From Ruditapes philippinarum (lineage: Eukaryota): a DNA stretch of 64,000 nucleotides. The stretch is taken from NCBI RefSeq assembly GCF_026571515.1, contig NW_026860435.1:1-64000 (forward strand). The letters are read 5' to 3'. Of this stretch, positions 1-11,800 are shown piece after piece (position 1 is the first letter of the stretch; every line of letters starts with the position of its first letter). Under the pieces are notes generated by a model. It was not told where the DNA came from. It worked only from the letters and a program-made list of their open reading frames with translations, and searched no databases. A program made the position numbers and the translations under genes.

Positions 1-338
1 TCTCATAAGATATATGCAGGAATAATTACCACCCTGGTTTACTTGCCTGAAGCTCACTAGCTTTTAAAAGTAAAGCTCTAACCAAGGGTCACATAATTGA
101 GAGATAGGCACCTTATTCACTAGGCCACCTAGAGCAACCATTAAGACCTTAAGACGCACTTTTGTGTTAAATTTATTTGAATATTACTCATTCATTTACT
201 TCTAAATTGAGAAAAAGGCACCTTATTGCCAGGCACATTTACCCTTAAGACGCTCTTTGGTCACAATTGCCTGTCTTAAAAGTATTTGAATTTATTTGAA
301 TTACAAATTACTTTATTTGTCTTTTTCTTCTTCATTAG

Positions 339-3300
339 TTACAGTAAATAGTGGAGTCCATGACAATTCAATATATGGACAGCTAAAGGTTTCCGGAAGC
401 GGAAACAGTACACATCGTCACGTGCTTCCTTTAACAACACAAGCCGTCACCAAGAGTATGTAGGATTACGTAAATGACGTTTAATTTTTATACAGTAGTA
501 TAAAGAAAGTTATTCAAAATTGCTCTTTTCTGCAAGTGGCAATTAATTATACCAATGTAAACTAAAATGTTATTCGGTCATAGTCTGCACTGTTTGCAGT
601 TCAGTTATAAAAAACATGTTTTGTTGGGGGGTTTTTTGTGTGTGTTTTTTTTAATTTACTCCGAAAATGGCTTATGGTCTTTATTACATAACAGCCTCCA
701 GAATAAGTTTGCAAATCCGGAATTTTCGCAAACTCAATTACCCTTTTTAATATATTTTCAATACAAAAAGTTAAATCAAACAGTAATTTGGATAAAAATG
801 GACGATCATTGGCCGATTATACAAAGATAGCGCAATAATTAAACACTGGGTGAGCGTTCAAAGTGTGGCCTCCCATGTTGTTTTTTTTAATTCTCCCATG
901 GGGGTTTACGTGTCCCACTGGGACTTCAGTGGGCTTTAAACCCCATTTTGTTAAAGTGGGAGAATAAAACCGTGGGAGAAAATTTTTTTTTCTAAACATT
1001 TTTACATATGTTGAATCTATAATACTTATAATATACTTATAAGTATATTAGGAATATATTTAAAGAATTTTGCAATCCTCCCATTGGCTGAACTAACCCA
1101 TTTAGTAAATGGGAGAAATCTCCCAAAAATAAAATGGTGCGGAAATCTCCCAAAATTAAAATGGGAGAAATCTCCCATTATAACGTAATTGGAGAAATAC
1201 CCCCTTATAGCGTAATCGGAGAGTAACATAAAGGGAGAATTCATCCATATCTTTTTTGTTTTATATATCGGATCGGAAATTTAACAGTAAAAGTTTTTCT
1301 ACATGATAAAATTTGGCTCCGACCTTTTATTTAAATGAAAAAGGTCCGGTCCAATTATTTATTTATTTATTAATGAATGAGTAAACTAATTAATACTATA
1401 TAAATATATAAATAAATTCATTCATTAATTCAGTCAACAAATTTTAATCAATTTTATTTACAGGTGGGCAAGTCTATTTCAAATATAAGCGTATCACGGT
1501 TAGAATTATTCATTACAATTATCGGAAGTCACGCATTATATACTTATTCTTTATCAAGATAGTTTATAAATATAGGCACAAATTTCAAATGATGTGGTTC
1601 ATATTGTCCTCTCATTTTAGAACAAAAGTACCGAGGTTTATGCGACCAATGGTTTGAAGACTCGTTGAAGAAAAATCTGGAACATATCGCTCGATACCCA
1701 CGTGGACTGGCTGACAAATACATGTATATCATTGCCGAAAATCGGTCAGAACCAAAGACCATGTCTGAAACATTCCCAGTCGTTGCGACTGCGGCAAGTA
1801 GCGGATTTTATCGTATCTCGCAAGGGTTGATAAAATCTGTCTATGAGATATTGTTGCCAAAATACAAAAATATCAAAATAGTCTACTATGACATGGGACT
1901 CAATGATAACCAAAAAGTGCAGGTAAGAATCTGCAGCAGTTTTATCTTTTTTTTCTCGAATATTAAAGGATGAAACAGGCAAAATTTTCATTTCTTCGTT
2001 TTGATTTTTGTCATTCAGTATTTTGTAAATTTCCTCAAAATGAATACAATAGGCAGTCACAAAAACAATACTGTTTTCCATATAAAGAATAAAATTGTGG
2101 TTTCCTACCTTGACCTATGCACGTGGGTCAGTTTAGATCGTGAATATCATACAATAAATGCCACAGTTAACCCTGGAAACGTTAAAGAACATGTCAAATG
2201 AATGACAGACTTGCTTAAATCATACAATATCCACAATATCTGTTATTGTAATTTCCAGGCTTTGTTCAAGTCAAATGACTTGTTTTAGAACTACTCGGTG
2301 ATTCTTTGNNNNNNNNNNNNNNNNNNNNNNNNNNNNNNNNNNNNNNNNNNNNNNNNNNNNNNNNNNNNNNNNNNNNNNNNNNNNNNNNNNNNNNNNNNNN
2401 NNNNNNNNNNNNNNNNNNNNNNNNNNNNNNNNNNNNNNNNNNNNNNNNNNNNNNNNNNNTAGAATTTATAAAGTCGGAAATTCATGCTGGGACTTTATGA
2501 AGTGACATTTAAGCGTGGTGTGAGTAAATAGGATCGTATTAATAATTTTGTCTTTGATTTGCCTATTCCTTTAGCTCTGAAAATTTGCTCCTTATCACAG
2601 GAACGTCCATGCCTGAAATGTGGACATTTTTCTACGTGTATCCAAAGTATTGCAACGTCGCCTTACGCATTTAACTGTACCGCCCAAAATTAAAGCCAAA
2701 GTTTTAAGAACCCTAATAAAAAAAACTTTCAACGCAATTTTGTATTTTCTGATCGCAGATACGGAAATACAATGCTGACATTCATTCTCGGGATCAGCGC
2801 TTCCCGTCAAACCTAACAACAGGTATATTTCAAAACAGCTTAAAACTAGCGATATAAAAGAAAAGTATTTTTATTGTGTTACAAGTATCCAACAAATAAC
2901 AACGCATTCAAAGTAGCTTTGGCTTTGGCTTATAGAATTGTCACACTCACAAATTACGCGGATGAATATCATTTTTATCAATGAAAATTGCTATTCTATT
3001 TCCGTAAAGATTCAATTATTGTGATTGGAATAAAACGCCCCCTTTATAAACATTTGTTATTTAGACTTTGTGAAAAATAAAGTAAGGATGTTGACTCTAT
3101 CAGTCGACGATCGATAATCAATATCTACCTATAGGTTAAGCACCCGATAATTTAATTCGCGTAAACAAAATGCTATTTTTAGCGATGTCGATTATCGAAG
3201 ACTTCAGTGCGCATTACACTAATAAATTTGATTGTCGAGTGGTATAATATATACATGCCGGACTATTTTGGCGAGAACATTTATAAGAAGTACCCTAAAT

Positions 3301-6300
3301 GGAAATTCTAAATATAGAATCATTTGATTTTATTCAGCCTTTTTTACAATCTCCGTAGTCCAGGGGTAACACTCTTGCACGAGACTAGTATTTTTTTTTA
3401 TCTTTTAAGTGAATTTATAACAATTTTAACATTATGCAAGATGCGATATGCAGGAATAAAGTTTGGCTGTCATAAAAAATGAAGATGAATGATTTCATGA
3501 TGCAAGAAGAAAGTCTAGTCATACACAATTCCGTATGTATCAAGTTCAAACTGTTATATAGCAAAAAAATCTAATTGCAGTCGCAATTAGTTTCTTATTG
3601 CAACCCGGTGTCCTGCAAGATAAATTATAGTTTATCAAAATAAACTTATAGAGGAAAATACATACAAATTAGATTGCAAAGATAAGAAATAACACAGAGC
3701 GTGCAACCTTTTGATTAAACATTTGCTTCCTAAATTGTTTTATCAATATCATTATATCCTAGCATTTTTATGAATTGATGGCACAAGGTATCCATTATTA
3801 CGATTATCTGCTTTAAATCTAACGATAATAAACACGTTTGTGTCCATTAATTTTCCAGTTGGAGACCCACTGCAAGATTTGTGAAGTGAGGAGTTTTCCA
3901 TTTGCAAAATTCCCCGGACATTTTAAAAGGCTAAAAACTTATGCTTGGAAACCTATAATAGTAAAGGTAGGTGAAAGTTAGATTGAAATGTTGCTCTTTT
4001 TCTTGGTAAATAGACCAATAATTGAAAGTAATATGATTAAGAGTGAATATCAAAAAGGAAATGTTAGACATTTAAAAAAAACTGTTGCAGGTTCCTTTAA
4101 TATTCCAACGTGACCGGCAATTTTCGAAGAATATCAATTTAAATTTCAGTGGGTCGCATGGTTTATTGAATATTCATGAAAAGCGAAACCAGAATTTCCG
4201 TTATTTTGATTTTCAGCTTAACACTAAATGGATATAATGCGACTGTAACCATAGTTTCTGACGATGCAATATTTTATTGTTGAGTAATAAAAAACTACAT
4301 GTATTTTTATTATTAAGAATAGGTTAAAGTTTATTAGTACGGATTTACAAAATTAAATTGGTCAGGCGCACGACCAATTTATTTTTGTAAATACGTACTT
4401 ATACATTTTAACCAGCTTAGTGTTTGAAATTATTTTTATAAACAGTTGATTTACTATACTGATTTGCCAATTTACCAAAGTAAAAGTTAAAGTTTTTGTA
4501 ATACCTCAAATATTGTTAAAGTCCATTGACATATGATTTTGAAGCTTTGCACACTTGTTCACCATCATAACCCCAACCAGTAGACCGGAGATGATAACTG
4601 TATCAAGTATTTTGACAGAATTATGCCCCTTTTTCGAAGTTTAAGTTTTTGTAATACCTCAAATATTTTCAAAGTCCATTGTCATATGGCTTTGAAACTT
4701 TGCATACTTGTTCACTAACATGACCCAAACCTGTACACAGGAGGAGGTAACTCTATGAAGCATTTTGGCAGAAGTATGCCTCTTTTTAGACTTAGAATTT
4801 AGTTAAAGTTTTTGTAATACATCAGATATTTTCAGCGTCCATTGACATATGACTTTGAAACTTTGCCCGCTTAATTACAACTATGACCTCAACCTGAAGA
4901 CAGGAGGACGTAACTGTATCAAGCATTTTGACAGAATTATGCCCCTTTTCGACTCAGAATTTACGTTCAAGTCTTTGTAATACTTCAAATATTTTAAAAG
5001 TCCATTGACAGAAGTATGGCTTTGAAACTTTGCTCACTTGTTCACCATCAAGACCCCAACCTGTAAACAGGAGGAGGTAACTCTATGAAGCATTACAATT
5101 TGCATTATAATTTACATTAAAGTTTGCATACCACCTCAAATATTTTCATATTCTTGTAACATATGGCTTTGAAACAAGTTGAAATTTTATACTCTTCTTT
5201 GAGAGTATAATAGGACTCTCTTCAAGGCCAATAACTGTAACATGGATTTAAAGACAAATTTTGCCCTTTTGTTAACTTTTTATACGCCCGTTTGAAAAAC
5301 GGGACGTATTATGGGAACGCCCCTGGCGGGCGGGCCGTCGGGCGGGCGGGCGGTCGGGCGGGCGGCGTCCAATTTTGTCCGGAGCATATCTCCAACATGT
5401 ATGGAGGGATTTTAATGAAACTTCATAGAAATGTTCACCACTATGAGGAGCAGTGTTCATAAAGATGATACAGTAATTACCTTATCAAATGTAAATACTT
5501 TCTCATAGAAATTTAATTATATTTTAATTTTCAAGTAAATATCAGTTCAGCTCTCCTACATGTATGGAGGGATTTTCATGAAACTTCATAGAAATGTTTA
5601 CCACTATGAGGAGCAGTGTCGCGCACATGAACCAGGTCTCTAGGTCAAAGGTCAAGGTCACACTTGGAGCTCATTGAAAAATGCTTGTCCGGAGCAAAAC
5701 TTACACATGTATAGAGGGATTTCAATATTACTTGGCACAAATGTTCAGCATTGTAAGGCGGAGTGTCGCGCGCAAGATTCAGGTCCTTGCGGCCAAGGTC
5801 AAGGTCACACATAGAGGTCAAAGTTTAGATAAAAATATGAAGATGTGTATAGGGACGATTTAATCATCATTTATTGAGGGATTGTAACACAAATGGTCAT
5901 TATCATGACTACGGCTGTGACACATGTACTTTAGGTCAATATATGCAAGGTCAAGGTCACTAAAGGTGGTGAAATATCCAGATTTTGTCTGGAGCATATC
6001 TCCTACATGTATGGAAGAATTTTTATAATACTTTATGGAAATGTTCACCACCATGATATGTATTGCTCCATGCATGATCCAGGTCTCCAGGTCAAAGGTC
6101 AAGGTCACACTTAGAGCTCATTGAAAAACGCTTGTCCGGAGCAAAACTTCTACATTCATAGGGGGATTTCAATATAACTTGGCACAAATGTTCGCCATTG
6201 TGAGGCTGAGTGTCGCACGCAAAATTCAGATCCCTGCAACCAAAGTCAATGTTACACATAGAGGTCGAAGTTCAGATAAAAATTTGAAGATGTGTATAGG

Positions 6301-7764
6301 GACCATTTAGTCATCATTTATTGATGGATTGTAGCACAAATGGTAACTATCATGACTACAGGTGTGACACATTTAATTTAGGTTAATATTTGCAAGGTCA
6401 AGGTCACTGGAGATGATTAAATATCCAGATGTTGTCCGGAGCATATTTTCTACATGCATGGAGGAATTTTAATGTTACTTTATAGAATTGTTCACCACCA
6501 TGAGACGTAGTGCCCTGCACATGAACCAAGTCTCTAGGTCAAAGGTGAAGGTCACAGTTAGAGCTCATAGAAAAACGCTTGTCTGGAGCAAAACTTCTAC
6601 ATGCATAGAGGGATTTCAATATAATGTGGCACAAATGTTCATCATTGTGAGGCGGAGTGCCGTGCATAAAATTCAGGTCCCTGCGACCAAGGTCAAGGTC
6701 ACACATCCTGTGCATATCTTCCCTACTGATTTGTTTTAAGGTTCATTTAACAACACAGTGCCAAGAATAAAAACTTGCTTGCTAGATAACACTTATTCCA
6801 TAATGCCCCCATCTCCATCTAAAGCTTTCGTAAACGGGCGTATTTTGTGACTATGGCACCCTTGTTTAATGTAAAATTTTACATTATCAAGTCTTTTTTT
6901 ACTATCAAGCACTAAGAATAGTCGAGCGTTGCTGTCCTATCGACAGCTCTTGTAAGAAAACTTGTTTCAACGTTATTTCAAGATTTTAAGCTATTGTGAT
7001 GAATTTCAACTCAAAAAGAATATTAAATGAACTCCATTGCCCGTTTATTTCTTTCCTAAAAATCCTGGAAGAAAACCGTGTCTTTATTTTAAAATTATTT
7101 ATTTTTAAGAATGGCAAAAACTATTGAATTATTCTGCGCGGGCGTTTCCTCCACACTTTGATATACATGTATATCTTCATTATTAAATAACGTAAGAAAT
7201 AATAATGACCAGTCCCGCTTACAAAGTTTTCTGATTTTTTCTTCAATTTTTTCTTTTCAGACATTATTGATGGAATATGGCTGGGTATGGTGGGCAGACA
7301 GTTCAGTACGTTACGTCACAAGTGACGTCGATCGCGCGTTGACCTATAGTAAAAACAATTCAGTCTTATTCTTTACTTACGGTGTAGTGTTTTCAGTGGC
7401 TCAACACACCGATGTTCAGACAATGGAGTACCTGAAAGAAGATCGATGTAAATTCCGCCATTTTGGTGAAGTTGAAGCAACATTTGTGCTGTTTCATTTT
7501 GATGACGTCACACATACTGTAGTAGATGTGTGGGCTGCGTGCGCATTAAATGAAAACTGTATAGCTCCTGAAGGCACTCACCTGAAGTTATCTTGTCGGA
7601 TAAGCAAAACATCTGATGGAAGGTGTCACAGATTTGATCAGGCAGTTTTAAGCATTTTACTACGTAGACTGTATCATGAGAAAAATGATTACCCTCTAGT
7701 TTCAACACCATTTCATATCCACGAAATAAAACGCGGCAATGCTATATCATACTTCCCGAAATGA
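339..7764 (+). CDS. DUF1647-family (glycosyltransferase-like) protein, 5'-incomplete; exons 339-455 (tentative), 1621-1922, 3859-3966, 7261-7764
   Basis: All exons have AG/GT ends and chain in phase (1,1,0,0) into one frame: ...PVVATAASSGFY...IVYYDMGLNDNQ/LETHCKICEVRSFPFAKFPGHFKRLKTYAWKPIIVK/TLLMEYGWVWWADSSVRY...WAACALNENCIAP...GRCHRFDQAVLSILL...FPK*. YAWKP, WxDSSxR and CHRFDQ are motifs I recognise from DUF1647. The start codon presumably lies left of the window. Confidence 0.85.
845..1247. mobile_element. MITE-like fragment with repeated AATGGGAGAAATCTCCC motifs
   Basis: Several short palindromic GGGAGAAATCTCCC-type repeats at about 1108-1205; ends and TSD not resolved. Confidence 0.35.
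2087..2500 (+). repeat. Dispersed repeat spanning the first N gap; second copy at about 45452-45845
   Basis: CATACAATATCCACAATATCTGTTATT...ATGACTTGTTTTA and TAGAATTTA...CGGAAATTCATGCT occur at both loci in the same order. Confidence 0.8.
4480..6953 (+). mobile_element. Helentron-associated (HINE/DINE-1-like) non-autonomous element with ~160-bp internal tandem units, interrupted by a second HINE
   Basis: Units beginning GTTTTTGTAATACCTCAAAT recur near 4492, 4646, 4808 and 4971. The 3' end ATAGTCGAGCGTTGCTGTCCTATCGACAGCTCTTGT gives a subTIR plus a GCTGTC/GACAGC hairpin. Left boundary is approximate. Confidence 0.7.
5277..6866 (+). mobile_element. Complete HINE/DINE-1-like element nested in the previous one
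   Basis: 5' subTIR ATACGCCCGTTT (5282-5293) with local stem CCCGTTT/AAACGGG; (GGGC)n microsatellite; about three ~447-bp units rich in AAGGTCAAGGTCACA; exact inverse subTIR AAACGGGCGTAT (6832-6843); short hairpin, then CTTGTT. Confidence 0.8.
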
Positions 7765-8821
7765 ATATTTCTGAATTAAGTATGAATTCAATGTATTTAA
7801 TCGCCTTATTAACAATACAGGTAGACGTCCTAAATTTATAATTGTATTAATTGCTATAGTTTTAAATCACATTTGATAAACGACGGTTATACATGTATTG
7901 ATGTACATTTGTCAAAGAATTCAATCTGTGCTTATAATTAAATCGAAGTTATTTCGAAAAAATATAATCAAATTTAGATTTAATAAATTTATAAAATATA
8001 GTATATATAATAATAAACAGGCAGCAAGTCTGAATGATAATGTTTTTAGTTTGATACATTTGTACATTACATTTGTTCCATTTGGTATAAAGTTGTGAAA
8101 CTTGTGTGAAAAAGTTTTAAAAAATAAAATTTCTCAGCTTCCTTTAAACTTAAACAACAATATCTACAAATTCAAAAATTTAAAAATTAGCTGTACGCCT
8201 GAATATTAAATCGTATGGTTTACTTGTATCTTATTTACACACATATTATATATTTTAATTTTAAACATTCTCGTACTTGATATGAGTGCAATTAAAAAAA
8301 TACTCTGGAGAAAAAGAAGTGAGCGAATGATCTGAATGTTTTCACAAAATGCTTTGGTTTGGACATACATAAAACATTAATCTCGAAAGCAATTTACCAA
8401 AAACTTAGAGCAACATTATTAAAGGTCCACCGTTGCATTTTAGAATATAGACCAAAAAGTCACTCTGGTCCTTCATTCCAGTCTAAATAAATAAATAGTA
8501 CCTTATTTACATCGTCTAGTTCACCTTGTCTTGGTAAAATGTAAATTACACAATATGGCTTTTTTTCTTACCAATTTATTTAATTGAAACTAGAAAGTTA
8601 TTTTCTTATTGCTTCCACTTTGAAGAGTTCCTTTACTCAGATATTTTATGATTGTAAAATGCACTCATGTTTCTCATATGGATTACAAAATCTAATATGG
8701 ATTATTATTGTCAATAATTATTATTGTATGATCAACCAATAGGAATGGGAATTAGCTTTCAAAGCATTCAACATAAAAGATACATGTGAAATTCTAATAA
8801 ACAGAAATGTCAGCGAATAGA

Positions 8822-11800
8822 CTATGTGTATATGCATAAACAGTGAGTCATCGGACAGTGACCTTGAGCGCAGTTGTCACAGCACCACTGTAAAATGCCT
8901 GGAATACTCGAATATGGCTCTAGTGCCAAACATGCCATACTTGACGAGCATATTTCAAAGTCATCACCGTTTGTTGTTGTTGTTGTTGTTGGAGATTCCG
9001 TTGTTTCCATTTCCGTTGTTGCTGTTGGTGTCGTTGTTGTTGTTCCTTCTTCCGTTAAACTTTTGAAAATAAATCAATGTCAAAATTAACTAATGCCTAA
9101 ACAGGAATATGAACTGGTTTAATTAAATTATCCAAAATGATCAGCAAATTATAATTACATTTTGATAAACAAAAGGCGGCCAAATTTTCATAACGCTTAT
9201 AAAATCTCTAAAATGGAAATCCATTTGGAAAATATAATTTAAGGTTTATAATTTTACATCACCTTGTTACCAAGAATTTCTTTAATTTATTTTGTCTAAT
9301 TCCGTATATATTGCCATGATGTAGTTAAACGCTTGTCTCTTACCTAGTTGACGAAGCAGCGATATACGTTGTCGGACGTCAACGCTGCACTAGCTGTGCG
9401 ACAGGGACTACTGTCAGTCGTAGCAGTTCCGGTTTCTTCGTCATTAATTCGGATATCAGCGCAATTCACGAAATTTTCTTGAGGGCCACGACCAATACCA
9501 CATCCTTCGGAATCGCAATTCCAGCTATTTCCTGTTTAATAATATATAGACAAAACTGGAAATGACATTCAAATGAACATAGCAGGTAGTTCAGATTCTT
9601 TCAAAATATAGTGCACATTATTACGGTTAGGATATGGACTAATTTCTGTTTCTCTTAACTAGGTCCTCTTTAAGTCCATGAAGTTGACACAGAGATCGAC
9701 ATTAAACATTCAGCTCGACATTCGATTTATCACTGTTGAGCTGGTATGGGAAGCTAGCAAGGCATTGAGCAGAACATTCAGCTCGACATTCGATTTATCA
9801 TTGTTGAGCTAGGTTGTGAAGCTGGCTAGACATTCAGCACAACATTCAGCTTGACATTCGTTTTTTGTTTAATTTTGAATATCGAGCGGGGATGTGAAGC
9901 TGGCTAAACATTCAGCACAACATACATCTCAACATTCGTTTATTGCCTATTTTTGAATGTCGATCTGGGTTGTGAAGCTGGCTAGACATTCAGCACAACA
10001 TTCAGCCCGACATTCGTTTTTGGTCTAATTTTGAATGTCGAGCTGGTATGTGAAGCTAGCTAGACATCCAGCACAACATTCAGCTCGACATTCGTTTTTT
10101 GTCTAATTTTGAATGTCTAGCTGGGATGTGAAGCTGGCTAGACATTAAGCAGAACTTTCATGTCGACATTCGTTTTTTGCCTATTTTTGAATGTCGATCT
10201 GGGATATGTGGAGCTAGCTAGACATTCAGCACAACATTCAGCTCAACATTCGTTTATTGCCTATTTTTGAATGTCGATCTGAATGTTCTGCTGAATGTCT
10301 ACCAAGCTTCACATCCCAGCTCGACATTCAAATTTAGACAAAAAACGAATGTCGAGCTGAATGTTCTGCTGAATGTCTAGCCAGCTGCACATCCCAGCTC
10401 GACATTCAAAATTTGACAGAAAACGAATGTCGAGCTGAATGTTGTGCTGAATGTCTAGCCAGCTTCACAACCAAGCTCGATATTCAAAATTAGATAAAAA
10501 ACGAATGTTGAGCTGAATGTTATGCTGAATGTCTAGCCAACTTCACATCCCAGATCGACATTCAAAAATAGGCAATAAACGAATGTTGAGCTGAATGTTG
10601 TGCTGAATGTCTAGCCAGCTTCACATCCGCGCTCGACATTCAAAATTGAACAAACACGAATGTTGAGCTGAATGTTGTGCTGAATGTCTAGCTAGCTTCA
10701 CATCCCAGATCGACATTCAAAAATATGCAAAAAACGAATGTCGAGCTGAATGTTCTGCTGAATGTCTAGCCAGCTTCACATCCCAGCTCGACATTCAAAA
10801 TTAGACACAAAACGAATGTCAAGCTGAATGTTGTGCTGAATGTCTAGCCAGCTTCACAACCTAGCTCAACAATGATTAATCGAATGTCGAGCTGAATGTT
10901 CTGCTCAATGCCTTGCTAGCTTCACAACCTAGCTCAACAGTGATAAATCGAATGTCGAGCTGAATGTTTAATGTCGATCTCTGTGCCAACTTCATGGACT
11001 TGTCCTCTTTCTGTTTATGTACTTCTTATTTTTGACTTTTTGTAATAATGTGTGTCATTGAAAAGTGTTCCGTTGATGTACCTATCGCATTGATAACTTC
11101 CCATCTTAAGAAAATAAAATAAATGAAAGTTTAAAGGCCACATTTAGCGGCCAATGCGACATGTAGTGAGGTTGCCACATTTAGCAGCGAGTGTGACAAG
11201 TAGTGAGGTTGCCACATTTAGGAGCGAGTGCGACATGTAGTGAGGTTGCTACATTTAGCGGCCAGTGCGACATGTAGTGAGGTTGCCACATTTAGCAGCG
11301 AGAGTGATATAAAGTAAGGTTGCGACATTTAGTGGCGAGTGCGACATGTAGTGGGGTTGCCACATTTAGCGGCGAGTGCGACATGTAGTGAGGTTGCCAC
11401 ATTTAGTGGCGAGTGCGACATGTAGTGAGGTTGCCACATTTAGGAGCGAGTGCGACATGTAGTGAGGTTGCTACATTTAGCGGCCAGTGCGACATGTAGT
11501 GAGGTTGCCACATTTAGCAGCGAGAGTGATATAAAGTAAGGTTGCGACATTTAGTGGCGAGTGCGACATGTAGTGGGGTTGCCACATTTAGCGGCGAGTG
11601 CGACATGTAGTGAGGTTGCCACATTTAGTGGCGAGTGCGACATGTAGTGAGGTTGCCACATTAAGCGGCGAGTGCGACATGTAGTGAGGTTGCCACATTT
11701 AGTGGCGAGTGCGACATGTAGTGAGGTTGCCACATTCAGCGGCCAATGCGACATGTAGTGACGTTGCCACATTAAGCGACCAGTGCGACATGTAGTGAGG

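Noticed and set aside
2291-2500. ORFs crossing the N gaps (also 12919-13362 and 12969-13334)
   Set aside because: They are open only because of N runs and AAT repeats.
5272-6739. Short ORFs rich in KVKVT or MTLTFDL
   Set aside because: Translations of the AAGGTCAAGGTCA repeat units of the HINE.
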